From Lama glama (lineage: Eukaryota): a stretch of 64,000 nucleotides of DNA. The DNA is taken from positions 41,356,001 through 41,420,000 of the forward strand of contig CM052818.1 in assembly GCA_028534125.1 (NCBI GenBank), read 5' to 3'. Of this stretch, positions 51,713 to 64,000 are shown piece by piece (the first letter of the stretch is position 1; every line of letters starts with the position of its first letter). The notes beneath the pieces are model-generated. The model ran no database searches. It saw only the letters and a program-made list of their open reading frames with translations, and was not told the DNA's origin. A program made the translations under genes and the position numbers.

Positions 51713-54209
51713 CATCTAGAAAATATTATTTCAACTATATAAAAAAGAGCTGGAGGGAAATTGCCAACTTGTTTGGACTATGCTGAATTGCTAAGAGTGA
51801 TTATCTGTGGATGAAGGGTTTAAGGGTCATTGTTATTTTAACATCTTTATTATTTTTACTTTTCTGAGTTTCCAAAATTTTTCACTTTACATGCATTTCT
51901 TTTCTGTCAGATGGAGCGTAATTTTTTTTTAATTTGCACTTTCTGTTCTTCACCTTTAAAAAAAATCTTTCTGCCCTTAGGCCATCATTTAGAACCTAAA
52001 ACTGTAAAGTGTCTCTTAATTACACTTGCATAGAGTCTCAGCTCATAAAATTCTGCCAAATTTAAGACAAATTAACCACAAGCTATATGAAGGTAGAATT
52101 TACAAATGCAATTTGCAAAGCACAAAAAGTTCCAGAGAAATAGCCTTTGAAACACTAGTCAGCAGAGGAGGTATCTTCCAGGAGATAATTGTGCCAAGGC
52201 TGAGATTAAAAAATTCACTCTTTATTTACTTATAGATTCTATTGCCATAGAACCTTGAAGTCGTCAATGATCTGAAAATTCTTACCCATTTCAAAAGCTC
52301 ACCAATACAGGAAGGCTTCCAAGTTCACCATCTGTGCTCCCAATGACCAAAGGTTTTGGCTAATACATTGCACTCTTAAATAGTTCTGTTTGTTTGAAAA
52401 CAAAATCTACCTGAGTTACAGTCCTCTTAATGTCTACAAATCAGAACTAGATGTGTGATCTTGGGCTGGTTCCATAAACAAAACATCATGTTATTACTAT
52501 GTCATAAGATTAATAGCATGTGTTCTCACTGAGTTGTTGTGAGGATTACATAACATATGAAAATAAACATAGCAGAGCCTGACATAAATTGATGCACAAT
52601 TGGTGCACAATGCCTGTTGTTATTTTTGTATTTCCAAATACTCCCAAACTGTATTGGGGCCAGCCAAAAATGGCCCCTCACTCTCTTAGGAACATTCTAG
52701 GATCTGCTTGCCTCTGTATGACCAATCCATTGCTCTATGTCCAGTTTTTAAATCCTCCAGAAAACCTTCCCAGCCTACCTAGGATTTCTTCCCTGGTTCC
52801 CGGAACTTCCAGAGCATGTATTGCCTGAGATTCCTTCTGCTGCTCATCTGCGTCTGTATCGAAATCTTCTTAACAGGCTGGACAGGATCTTCTGTTTCCT
52901 TTGTTTTCTCCCACTTAATGCAAAGCACAGCCTTTCTGTGGATTGACTGGTTCCTGATACATCATCTCTCTCATGCTTTTGCTCAACGTTTCTTTTCTAG
53001 AGTGTTTTGGGATTATTTTAGGCTCCGTGCTTGTCTCTTGTGGAATAATTATTACACTAAATTAGACTCCTTTTCTTTCACTAAATCATCATGGCTCCCA
53101 GAGTCCTGGGAGTTAACATAAATTAAAATAGAGATGTTTATCTGCTTGAATCCTAACAAATTTGATAAGCAATTTGGCAAATTTCTTTATTCTTTGGGAT
53201 TAAGCAATGTCTCTGATCAATTCTCACCCAGACAGGTTTTCATAAATATTTTATAAGCTCCCGAATGCCAATAACTTCCAAAATCCCTTGCCATTAATTT
53301 CACCCTTCTCCCAGCAGAAGACTGTAACTACCCAGAACCTTATGGAGGGTAGAAAGGAGTGAGTGCTTTATCAGGATAGCCATGTTACTATGATGGTTTT
53401 CGCTCTTATTCTGAAAACCTGGAGATTCCCGATAGGCCAAGACTCAGTTCCACAGTACCCTAAGCCAAAACTCAGAATTCCTAAAGATATATAAGACAGA
53501 TAGATACACTTTCCCTATTTTTCTTCCCTCTAGCTTACTCTAAAGGGTGCTCTACTGAAGGAATGTTAAAAAAAAAAAAAGAGAGAAGAGAAGGGAAGAA
53601 AAAGAAACCATTAAGCAGAGGCTATAAAAAATGCATCTCACACATTTTGTTTTGAAGAGCTTGGGAGGAGAGTAGCAAATATAAAATTTTCAGCTGAGCT
53701 TATACTGAATCTATTTTGAATGAGGACTCTGTATGAGTATGGAAATTAGATCTCAACATCATGAGATGGCATACGAATGTTTCTTGAACAGTTCCGGATA
53801 CACAATAGTCAAGATGAATGCTGCCATCCATCCTTTTCCCCTCTCTTCTGCATGCTGTATAAAACCTGAACTATTTTTATAACTGCATTTTATAGTAGAG
53901 AACATGACAGCGTCTATTCAAATGGAAAAATTTTGCTTATACTCTCCTGCGCCCATCAGTCTCCCACATTTACTCGGCAGAATGGGAGTTGTAATATGAC
54001 AATCAAAAGCATTGTTGTTTGCATAGTCTTGTCTTACTGCTAGCAACTCTATTACTTTGTAAAGTATTGGGCAAACTCTTTCTGAAAGTTTTATTTTCCT
54101 AAGTTCTGGTCTTACAAAGTCAGGTCTCATAGATTGTGGCCACCAGTCTACATCTTCCTCCCTGCCATTATTCTCTCCGCTCCCTCAACTTCTGTTGTCA
54201 TAATAGGTT

Positions 54210-54330
54210 ATCCCACCGACTACTCCCAGGGATGCTGACTTAACTGATCTGGAGTGTGGCCTGAGTATTGGGTTTTTTTAAAAGCTTCTCCAGATGATTC
54301 TAACGTGGGGAAAGTCTGAGCATCCCTCTA
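54210..54330. mobile_element. MER5-like hAT MITE half
   Basis: 'gatgctgacttaactgatctggagtgtggcctgagtattgggttttttt-aaaagcttctccagatgattctaacgtg'. Confidence 0.75.
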
Positions 54331-55044
54331 TGGGATTTGCATACTTCTTTAAATACTTTTCAATGAAGTCATGTTTTGAGTTTGAATAGATCAGCGTTCA
54401 TTGAGGTTTGGTGTCTATATTGAATAGTATGTTTATGTTAACAACTCAGCTAAAGAACATTTAGAATCTACCAATGTATTGTTTAACTGCATATGTCTAT
54501 CTTATACTAAAATAAGCATGTATGTTGAAAGTCACAAGATACTGATTTTGAATTCAAATGAATTTAGAATTTGTTGAAACTATTTTATGTTTTTCTGAAA
54601 ACCCTGCTAAAGTTTCAGTGTAAATTTTGTTTTGAAAAAGGTTAAAATCTATGAAGAAGGATTTTTTTTTTTAAAAACTGGGTAACGGTTTATATCGTGA
54701 ACCAAAATTTGTGAATTAGAGTGGTTGCTATGTGTATCAGTTAGTTTTTGCCACATAGTAAATTGTCCCAAAATGTAATGGCTTAAAAAAAATGTTATCC
54801 CACTAAAATGGGTCAAGATTATGCAACTCATTCTCAAGAAGATGACTTCTTCAGTCAACATTAGATGAAGAAATTGCCTTGAATTCTTCATCTGAGCTTC
54901 ACAAGTCTTATATCATCTGTTACATCAAAGATTGTACTAATCTTTTTATTAATGCTTTTACATTAATCACAAAGTGATGGTACAAGTCCTTTTTTAATGT
55001 TATATCTTCTCTCCTAGTCTTCTTTTCAAACTTCAAAGGGATCT

Positions 55045-55300
55045 ATTATGTATTTATGCTGTATTTGTGGACTGTGCTTTCCTTCATGTCTGTTTGCACA
55101 CGTGTGTTACATGTGTATGCCTTTATTTGTTGTATATATGTGCATATGTATACATATATGTGATTTTCATTTTCAGCGTGTTTCATACTACATGTGTGCA
55201 CATTGTGCATCCACACGTATATATATGTGTATATACACATATGAATATATGTGTGTAATATATAAATATATGTGCATATATTCTTATGTGTTCATGTACT
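55045..55300. repeat. Degenerate TA/TG/CA alternating low-complexity repeat
   Basis: Direct read. Confidence 0.85.
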
Positions 55301-56359
55301 CCTGTGGGCTTGCCACGTGAAAGTGAGATGCTTGAATTTCCTTCTCCTTGGTAACCAGAGAGTTCATTCTGTTTCTTTTGTTACATAAGCTGGATAAGTT
55401 GAAACTTAAGGGGTTTATCAGGAAGAAATGGATTTTACAGTCTTACACTGTATCTGTTATTTCTTCCTCACTGGTCAACAAATCGACTGACGTGAGTTTC
55501 ACTGATGAATCATTGCACTGAGAACAGCAATGACGTGAGGCTATTTAATTGAAGTAACTTTGGGAAAAGGTGTTATATTTTAAAAATTTGCTTAGGATTA
55601 TTGATAAAAAAGATTCGTTCTTATTTTGTTCTCTCAGAGTCTCAGGTGTATTTGGTGATACTGACCAGATTTATCTACAGAAACTATTGAATTTCATGCC
55701 GAGTTCACACACAACAAAAAAAAATAGGGATGGCTGTGTTGAGATGGAGGGTAGGAAGGATCCTGGCAGGCTGTACCATCTCCCAGGGCTCAGCAGCTGT
55801 CTGCCCTGTTTTTTGGCAGCAAAATCCAATTTCGACTCTCCCCACGTGGGCTCAGCAGAGGTCCACACTAGCTCCCCAAATTTTGGCTTCCTCATTTGTG
55901 AAACGTGACCAAACACATTAATCTCAGTGGCAGGCAGGAGATTGGGAGGATACTGGATGAGGATGAACAAACTGTAATCATCAAACAAACTGCCACATCA
56001 GGTACCAGATCAGGATCGGAGATAGACCCTGGGTTAAGGAACAAGAATGTGAAAAAACTCCATCTTGGAAGAAGCTCTCAGGTTTTGAAATGATATATAT
56101 CTGGAAGGCTTCTGAAGGAGTTTTTTGTTGGAACACAACTCATAACAATCAACCATCCTACGATAACTACAGGGGCTCTCTTCTCTGTGGTCCAAGGATG
56201 AAATTTAAGCCTTTAGTTTGTTATTTGAAGCCCTTGATTATTAAACTTCAGATTCTCTTTGTAATGTGGTTACTTGTACTTGCTTTCTCAGTGACCCACC
56301 ACTTCCTGTGCTAACCCAGATCGTCTACTGCCCCCTAAATCTGCCCTTAGAAAATACTT

Positions 56360-56640
56360 TATCAAATGTCTTCTCCGATTCCCTGGGCTGGATGTGTGAG
56401 CTCTCTCTCTCTTTCTCTCCTCTAGAGAGTTTTATTTGTATTCTTCTCATGGTGCTTCCTCCTTATTTCTGTTTTGGATTACAATCACATGGCTGCATGC
56501 TTGGTCTTCTTCACCAGACTCGAATAAAAAGACAGGGTCTGCTTCATTTGTGTATTCTCACAATACCTAACAGAGACCTTTGCATGCATATAATAGGTAA
56601 ACAATTATTACCTGATAAATAAATGAGTAAATGAATGCAG
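56360..56640 (+). mobile_element. L2 LINE 3' end
   Basis: 'ctgcttcatttgtgtattctcacaatacctaacagagacctttgcatgcatataataggtaaacaatt...aatgagtaaatgaatg'. Confidence 0.7.
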
Positions 56641-56838
56641 GACATCCAACAGTTTTATTTCAAAATGCTACTCTAACATGAACTTAGTATCACAACACCT
56701 CAGTTCACTTACCTCTACAGTAAAAAATTAGCACCATCTTCAGAGGAGTGATGTAACTAAATACAGATGCTTTTACAAGCAAATTCTACCAAATATTAAA
56801 GGCCTGACCATTTCAGTCTTACTCAAAATGCTTCAGAG

Positions 56839-57038
56839 CAGGCTTTCTCAACCTTGGCACTGTTCTTCATGGTGAGGGCTGCCCTGTGCAGTGTAAGATG
56901 TCTAACAGGATTGCTGGCCTCCACCCGCTAGATGCCAGTAGCATCTGCACTGCACCTCAGGTCATGACAATAAAAATTTTCCCCAGATGCTACTGAATGT
57001 CCCCTGGGAAGCAAATGCCCTACAGTTGACAAACTAGG
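56839..57038 (+). mobile_element. MER20 hAT MITE
   Basis: 'ttctcaaccttggcactgtt...gctgccctgtgcagtgtaagatgtctaacaggattgctggcctccacccgctagatgccagtagca...aatgtcccctggg'. Confidence 0.9.
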
Positions 57039-57929
57039 GAAAAAGTAATAATTCCAAATCTAACAGTGGAAGCAAATAAAAGGTTTCCCCTTACCTGTGG
57101 GCATCTAACGAGTGACTTCTGCCATTGAAATCTTCTGAAATTTTTGCAGTTCTAGGAGAGAATCATCATTATGATTGCAGAAATGTGGTTGTCTTCCAGA
57201 AGTTTTACTTTTCCTTCCATATAAAATAAGCCTGACATCACTCATTCATCACTGAATCTCCCACAGCGGCTGACATGCTGTCACCAACTCCTTTCTGCTC
57301 CTGTAACAGCCTGAGCTGCCTGGACCTGTTGCAGTACTTACTATATTATGGTACAATCTTATTCTCCAACTGTCTCTCAACTAGACTGCGTGCTCCTGGA
57401 GAGAAGGAATGGTGCCTTACTCATCTCTGCATCTCCAGTGTCTGGAAGAATAGTGTTTGACACCAAGCAGACATGAGCGCACTTGTTATATGGGTAAAGG
57501 ATGAATCAGCAGTCCAGTAAAAATAAAAATCTGTCCAATGGAACTGAATCAAGGGGAACTGCTGAAATTTCTAACTGGAAAGCTGGTCTCCTAACCTGTG
57601 GCCCAGGGATAATTTCCAAAGCTGAAGCCCCTAAATTAACCTAATATTTATTCAGGTAGAATTTTAAGTGCAAGGGGAATGTGGATTATTTTTCTGTGGC
57701 ATTCAGGTCAACATTTTAATTAGCATTCAGAATGCTGGCCCAACATTATGTTATGTGTGGCACATAAAATGGCACAGCATACATTTTGTGTATTTACTAT
57801 ATATATAAAATAATTTTTAAAAATTCTTATCATACAGGAATAATCACTTTGATATATTGGGATATTTCCTTCCAATTTTTCATTCCCATTCTCATGAACA
57901 TATGTCTAAATAGCTAATTAGATAACTAG

Positions 57930-58376
57930 ATAAAGATAGCTCCCCAAATATGTCCATGTTTATAACCCCCAGAAACTGTGACTGTATGACCTTACATGGC
58001 AAAAGGGACTTTGCAGATGTGATTAAGAACCTGACTGTGGAAAGATGATGGTGAACTGCACTGGGTGGGCTCAGAGTAATCACAGTGGTCCTCATAAGAG
58101 GATGTGAGTCAGAGAAGGAGACGTGGTGACAGAAGGAGAGGTTGGAATGATGCAAAGGGGGCCATGAGTTAAGGAATGAGGGCAGCATCTAGATGCTGGA
58201 AAAGCAAGGGACAGAGTCTCCCTACAGCCTCCAGAAAAAAACAAAACAAAACAAAACACACAATCCTGTTGATCCTTTTGGACCTCAGACCTCAGGAGCT
58301 GTCATGTAATAAATTTGTGTTGTTTTAAGCCAGGAGTTTGTGGTAATTTATTACAGCAGCAATAGAAAACTAATAA
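57930..58376 (+). mobile_element. MaLR LTR (MLT1D-like)
   Basis: 'ccccagaaactgtgactgtatgaccttacatggcaaaagggactttgcagatgtgattaag...taatttattacagcagcaatagaaaactaata'. Confidence 0.9.
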
Positions 58377-58384
58377 AGAGAGAA

Positions 58385-58621
58385 AGTTTGTTTCCTGGGG
58401 CTACTGCAACAAATTATCAGAAATTGGGTGGCTTAAGACAATGAAATTTGTTCTCTCACAATTCTAGAGGTTAGAAGTCCAAAATGAGATGTTGACGGAA
58501 CCATACTCTTCCCACAGTCTCCAGGGGAGAGTCCTTCTGGTGGTGGCCAGCAATCCTTGGTATTTTTGAGTCTGTAGATTCATCACTCCAATCTCTGCCT
58601 TTGTCATTACATGGCAATCTC

Positions 58622-58673
<52 letters not shown>

Positions 58674-58837
58674 CAGGTGGCCTTCTTAGAAGGCCAGTCA
58701 TTGGATTTAGGGCCCACTCTAATCCAGTATGACCTGAACTTAACTAATATCTGCAAAGGCCCTCTTTCCAAAGAAGCTGCCATTCTAAGGTTGCAGGTAA
58801 ACATGAACTTTGGGAGGGTACTACTCAATTTAGTATA
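58385..58837 (-). mobile_element. MaLR LTR (MLT1C-like) containing (GT)23
   Basis: 'ggctactgcaacaaattatcagaaattgggtggcttaagacaa...cattggatttagggcccactctaatccagtatgacc'; (GT)n at 58627-58672. Confidence 0.9.
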
Positions 58838-58844
58838 AATTTAT

Positions 58845-58960
58845 GGATAGGTAGATAGGTAGATTGAAAAACAGATGGACAGATGATAAATAGATATGTA
58901 TATAGATAGATAAACGGACAGAAAGGTAGATAACTGGCCGCTAGCTAGCTAGCTAGATAA
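58845..58960. repeat. Degenerate (TAGA/GATA)n ending in (CTAG)4
   Basis: Direct read. Confidence 0.85.
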
Positions 58961-59104
58961 CACATTCTTTGACAATACCATTTTCATTGTTGCATAATAT
59001 TTTGTTAAACACTTATAGAAAAATGTATTTGTTCATTTTGCCATTAGCACATTGTTATATTTACCAAAACACTGATTATTTCACTGACTCCTTTCTAAGT
59101 GCCA

Positions 59105-59340
59105 CATTCTGTATGGGATACTGACCAATTGGAACTTACTCTGAGAAGGGCAAACCAGAATAGAGAATGAACTCAAAAATTATTTCTCATGAAGGACTGT
59201 GGAAGGAACTGAAATGACTAAGCAAGAGAAGAGAAGCTTCAGGACATACATGGAGGACATCTTCAAAGACTGGAGGTACTTCTATGTTAAAGAAAAATTA
59301 ATCTTATTTCCCCCCCCAAGGTGTTGAACTAAGGCAAATT
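59105..59340 (+). mobile_element. CR1/L3 LINE ORF2 C-terminal relic
   Basis: 59117-52 reads DTDQLELTLRRA, then HEGLWKEL and EKRSFRTYMEDIFK (cf. CR1 DIDKLERVQRRA...YEERLKEL...EKRRLRGDMIxVFK). Confidence 0.8.
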
Positions 59341-59534
59341 AATCAAAGACCATTCCAAAGAAAAAAGTGCTTCAGTACCAGTCTTACCTCTCTGGATTTT
59401 CTTCCTCTCTCATCTTTGACCTAAAAAATTTCAGTCTTAGTAGTGCTCCAAAGACTTCAAGCAAATGTTTTCTTAACATTCTTGGCAAGAACTATTAATG
59501 GTATGAGATTTTTTAAACTGTCAGGAACTGCTAA

Positions 59535-59940
59535 ATGTCTGAGATGTTGCCCTACTTGCAAAATAACAAGTTATCCTGTTACAGCTTCATGGATGCTTTG
59601 GATGATATCAGATTCCTGGGTCAGATACAAAGGCTAGTTTGTTATTCACAGACATAACAGTAGCCAGAGTGTCATAATTTTCCTGACGAGGTTCCAAATT
59701 GTAATTCTACAAAGTGATGTGAAAAGGGCCAAGCAGTGCCTGCACAGGCAGTGGCACAGCCACCGAGCTTAGGAAGCCCCAGTCTTTTATAATGTTCTCA
59801 ACACAAACCTGCCTGACCTTTGCCCTGGAAAGGTGCGCTGTTGCTCTAGAAACAAAGATAGATCTAGACAAAAGTTGTCAGTATCGTTGCTCACAAGACA
59901 TGCAGAAATGCAAGGAACCTGTGGATATTTGTCTCTCTTT
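59535..59940 (-). mobile_element. Old ERV solo LTR (ERVL class, MER54/MER74-like; family uncertain)
   Basis: 'taacaagttatcctgttacagcttcatggatgc...ttcctgggtcagatacaaagg...cagtagccagagt...cttttataa' layout of an antisense LTR. Confidence 0.55.
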
Positions 59941-60139
59941 CATTTTTGTACCATCTTACTTTCCAGTTAATTTTCCAATGAATTCATCACCCCTTCAACT
60001 TTGATTAATCTGATCGACAGGGGCTGGGACCAACTCCATTTAATTTGTTTCATAGAGCATTTAGTAAGACTGCTATTAATAGGACTCGAAACAGCAAGAT
60101 GAGATCAACCTGAAGTATCAGCCTCGTAAGGTGAAAAGC

Positions 60140-61065
60140 AGAGTGCAGATGAAGATGGAGCTGGAGAGGTAGGCAGGAGGCAGTTAATAAAGGATTCTGT
60201 GTGCTCTGTTATGTGCAGACGTTGTTCTGCTGGTGATGAAGAAGTATTAAAGTGGTTAATGAGAGTGTTATACAGATAATTTGCATGTAAAGTAATTCTC
60301 CAGGATGGCCAAATGGATAACAACTTGGAGAGGATACTAGCCGTCAGAGAGAGACCCTGTTCAAATGACATTTTAATGATGCATTTCACAGACATTTAGG
60401 CTTGAAGGGGGTAGATTTTAAACATATTTAGTGGGTAGAATTGAGAAAACTTTAAAGGGAAGGGATTGAGAGAGGAGGAAGTCTTGAGCAGTTTCCATGT
60501 TTCTGGCTTTGCTGACAGCGTAGATGGTGGTGACATCCCTGAGAAAGGGAAAATATAGGACAGTGGCTTTGAAGAGGATTGACAAGTTCAAAGCAAGCAG
60601 ATAAGTATGTGAAGTGTAGTCATCCACTGGTATGTCTAGAAATTATTTAGGTTAAGAATCTGAGGGGTGGGTTGGGTTGAACTCCAGTGCTGAAAAGGTT
60701 AATTGGGAATTTACCAGCACAGACGTTACAACAAAAATCTGGGGACTGGCTGAGGATGTAATGAGAAAGATAGAAGGGAAGAACCCCGGGGAACATCAGC
60801 ATATGTGGGATGTGGGTTAGTGGGAGAGGGTTGGGGGGGTGGTTGGAGGAGTCCCTGCAGGACACAGGAGAAAACGTGGGAGGAAGTTCTGCTGTAGAGG
60901 CCTGTAGTGGAGAGTCACAGAGAAGGAAGTAACCAGCAGAGGGATGACCTAAGAAGGGACTGAAAATGTGTATTGGATTTAGCAAGAAAAAGATCATTGA
61001 AGACTCGAAGGAGAGCAGTTCTGTAGCAAAGTGAGAGCCGAAGCTAATCGCAGTGAGCAGTGTCA
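60140..61065 (-). mobile_element. L2 LINE internal fragment
   Basis: Purine-rich antisense L2 blocks ('gatggagctggagaggtaggcagg', 'tttctggctttgctgacagcgtagatggtggtgacatccctgaga', 'attggatttagcaagaaaaagatcattg'). Confidence 0.8.
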
Positions 61066-61929
61066 TTACTCAGCACGTGTTATGTGTGTCCTCCAGCCAT
61101 TAGGAAAACATCATTGGGGAATCTTGATTCTTTCTAAAAATTAAAGGAAATCATTTGGGCTGAGGCTTCCCGGGGCCTCTGACTTTGTTGAAGGAAGAAG
61201 AGCAGGAGCTGTTTGATTCATTCATGTCAGATATTTATTTGGCAAGAATTCAGCACATTCAATGAGAGGCCGAAGCAGCAGGAAGGTGTCTTCTGGTAAT
61301 GCAGGTGACAGGGTGGTCAGCTCTTGATGCCTGATTTGTCAAATCTTATTAAAGAAGGAAAAGAAGATGGCTTAGAAGTCTACAACTGAGTCAGACAACG
61401 ACACACCTTATGTCAACACAGACGAGCTGGAATAATGAATGCCTTCGCCAATCCCACATCATCCATTTTCTTTTATGTGTAAGCCCTAGAAAAAGATTTC
61501 ATAGAAGTGTGTCTGGAGGAAAAGAGGAAGTGTCCTGCTGCTGAGCTCCATTTGAAATGAGCAGGAGGGAAATACAGACTCAGGTAATTAGGTTTTTAGA
61601 TCCAGCTCAGACTGTAGAATCTGTTACCCCTCTGTCTTCGGTGTGGTGTGGGGGAAGCAGAGGGTCCAGAGCGCTTGCTTCCTGAAGGGGCCAAAGCAGG
61701 GCAGGAACGTAGGCCTTGAGCTGACCCCAGAATTCATTAGTTCTGTACCATCTGCAAGTTAGTTAGCCTCTCTGATCCTCATGGTTTTTGTTTGTATTTT
61801 GCTTTTGTTTGTTCAAAGTACTTAGCAATACTTTATCCAAAAATTATTGAAAGGATGAAAATATCCTATAAATATTCAAACACATATATGAAATGCTTGG
61901 TATATTAGACAATGAGCAATTTCTTGATT

Positions 61930-62018
61930 CCTTCTTTCTTTTCTTCATCTATCCCTTCCTCCCTTCCCTTCCTTCCTTCTTTCCCTCCTTCCTTCTCTTC
62001 CTCCCTCTTTTTCTCCCC
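61930..62018. repeat. CT-rich polypyrimidine tract
   Basis: Direct read. Confidence 0.9.
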
Positions 62019-62939
62019 AGTGAATGTCTGTCTGACACCTCAAGAATCTAGGTGCAGCCCCCAAAATTTACATTATTTGCATACAAATCAGATCCTCCAG
62101 ATAATGAGTGCTAATTTGGAAGTGTCCCTAGAGGCAGGAAGGTCTTCAAAGGCCCTCAGAAGTCCCCTAAGAGGATTAACCCTTACCAGTGACTTGATTA
62201 CAACAAAACTCTTCCAAGCTAGAAAATGACTCAGCGCCTCTGAGGGCCATATGCACAGTTTCCATCTCATTAACAAAAAGCTTAATCCTTTGAAGGAAAG
62301 AGAGCTTTTTCCCCAGAAAACATTCTCTTCTCACACCTGTCCCTGAAATTGGATTGAACATCACCATACAAACTATACACATCATTTTCCAGAGCAAATG
62401 ACCCTCATCCCCAACCTGGCAGGTTCAGAATTGTCTCCTTTTGCTATTCCAGTGATCTGATATTTTTTGGATCAAGGAGTAAACTGTAACTTGCAGAGTC
62501 ACAGCTATTCAATTTTCAGAGAAGAGTTCCCCAAAAATTTCAGGAAAGGGAAACTAAACATCTCTAGCAAATGAAAATGCATGTCAAAGTCTCTTCATTA
62601 GACTCTGAAGGACCATTCAGTGCCTTGCTGAGGGGTCTATTGCTTGAATCTACACTCAGGTCTGAAATAATGTTTACTGATGTCCAAATTCATAGCAGAA
62701 AGTAAATTGAAAAATTGTAGTCAAAAGAGAAATTATGGGCACATGAGTGTATCAAGAGGAAATGTCATTGGAAGGAGTATGAAAGCAAAATATGACCAAC
62801 ATAGGAGATCAAAAGCCGCAGCAGATAATGAACACTTTGTGCTGAGTGATCAGCCACACACGTCAGTCGCCCCCACGGTCACCGCCCAGATGTTGGGCAG
62901 CACGAAGGTCGTTCAAGGCAAACGTTGAGAAAAGACCAA

Positions 62940-63845
62940 TGTATAAATGATGCAGCCCCCACCATATCAAGATCTAGAACACTCCCATCACCCTGGAGGG
63001 TGTTCCTCCCCTGTCTCAAATCCCGACTGCCCTGATGTCCCACTGTGTAGATTGTGTAAATGGAATCACACAATATCGTATTCATTTGTGTTTGGCGTCT
63101 TTCGTGCAACATCATGTTTTTGAGGTGCGTTCACGTTGTTGTAGGTGTCATGTATCCTTACTTTTTTTGTTGCTGAATAAGTATTTCACTGTATGAATAT
63201 ACTACAGTTTGTTTCTCCACTTACCTATTGATGACCATTTCTATACAAGACATTTCATGGTCTTATGTTTTTATTTCTCTTCGTAAATATCTAGGGGTGA
63301 AACTACTGGGTTATATGATCGGTGTCTATTTAACTTTTAAGAAACTACCAGTTTCCAAAGCAATTATACCACTTTACATTCTCACTAGCAAGAGGCGAAA
63401 GTTCTCATTTCTTTATATCTTGTCCACGCTTAATATTGTTAATCTCTTTAAATTTTAGCCATTCTAGTGTGTGTGAAGTGATTTCCCATTGTGGTTTTAA
63501 TTTGCTTTTGCTTTTTGACTGGTGAAAGAGCAGGAGATTTTAATTTTGATGAAGTCCAATTTATCAATTTTTGTTCTTTTATGATTAGTGCTTTTTCGCT
63601 ACCTCAAGTTGCTAATAATTTTTTCCTCTCTTTGTCTGGAAATTATATACTTTTATTTTTTACATTTAAGTCTATGACCCATTGTCAACTATTACTACTT
63701 TTTGGCATGCTGGTCAGGGTTGTTTGTTTATTTGTTTGTTTCTTCAGGGTAAATATCCAGTTGGTTCTGGACCGGTTTTTGCAAAAAAAAAGTTCCTTTC
63801 CTTATTGAAACAGAGCTCTGTTGGAAACCAATTGACCATAGCCTT
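62940..63845 (-). mobile_element. L1 (L1MB/MC-like) 3' region
   Basis: 'gtaaatggaatcacacaatat...ttgctgaataagtatttcactgtatgaatatac...ttttagccattctagtgtgtgtgaagtg...ttttgatgaagtccaatttatcaattttt'. Confidence 0.85.
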
Positions 63846-63864
63846 CTGGCTCTTTTAAATTATA

Positions 63865-64000
63865 AAATATAAATATCAGCATGAACTCATACTATATTTT
63901 CTTCTTACAAAATAATATGTATTTCCTAGCTTTGTCAACTGGTAGGGCCTAAAAACAATAACTAACTCTGTAACAATGAACACCACTATTCAAATATTGG
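63865..64000 (+). mobile_element. L1MC-like 3'UTR fragment
   Basis: 'atttcctagctttgtcaactggtagggcctaaaaacaat...gtaacaatgaacac'. Confidence 0.55.

Noticed and set aside
1..64000. CRISPR arrays, operons, rRNA/tRNA genes, CpG-island promoter, host gene identity
   Set aside because: The sequence is mammalian and none of these were seen; the locus cannot be named without an alignment

Overview
Mammalian, non-coding, repeat-rich genomic DNA (AT-rich, CpG-poor, no CpG island, one 500-N gap at 49325-49824). I recognise no protein-coding exon, tRNA, rRNA or snRNA. The supplied ORFs are short chance frames or translations of repeats and microsatellites. The window is most likely a large intron or gene desert. 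Young, 5'-truncated L1 3' ends and the absence of Alu, B1, Bov-tA/BovB, PRE and Can-SINEs suggest an artiodactyl, probably a camelid (inference from remembered consensus sequences). Repeat content: many MIR and L2 relics, a CR1/L3 relic, old L1M/ME fragments including an ORF1-ORF2 junction, several MaLR (MLT1) LTRs (one with internal sequence), an MLT2 LTR, a MER41-like ERV1 solo LTR, and hAT DNA transposons (MER53, MER20, MER5, MER58, MER103, Charlie-like). Best leads: a decayed hAT transposase fossil split by a young L1, a MER53 hairpin carrying the miR-1302 seed, a MER41-like LTR with a GAS motif, three young L1 insertions with clear target-site duplications (TSDs), and several motif clusters that look like enhancers. 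I found no convincing new biological system. Repeat family names and most boundaries are by-eye and approximate.
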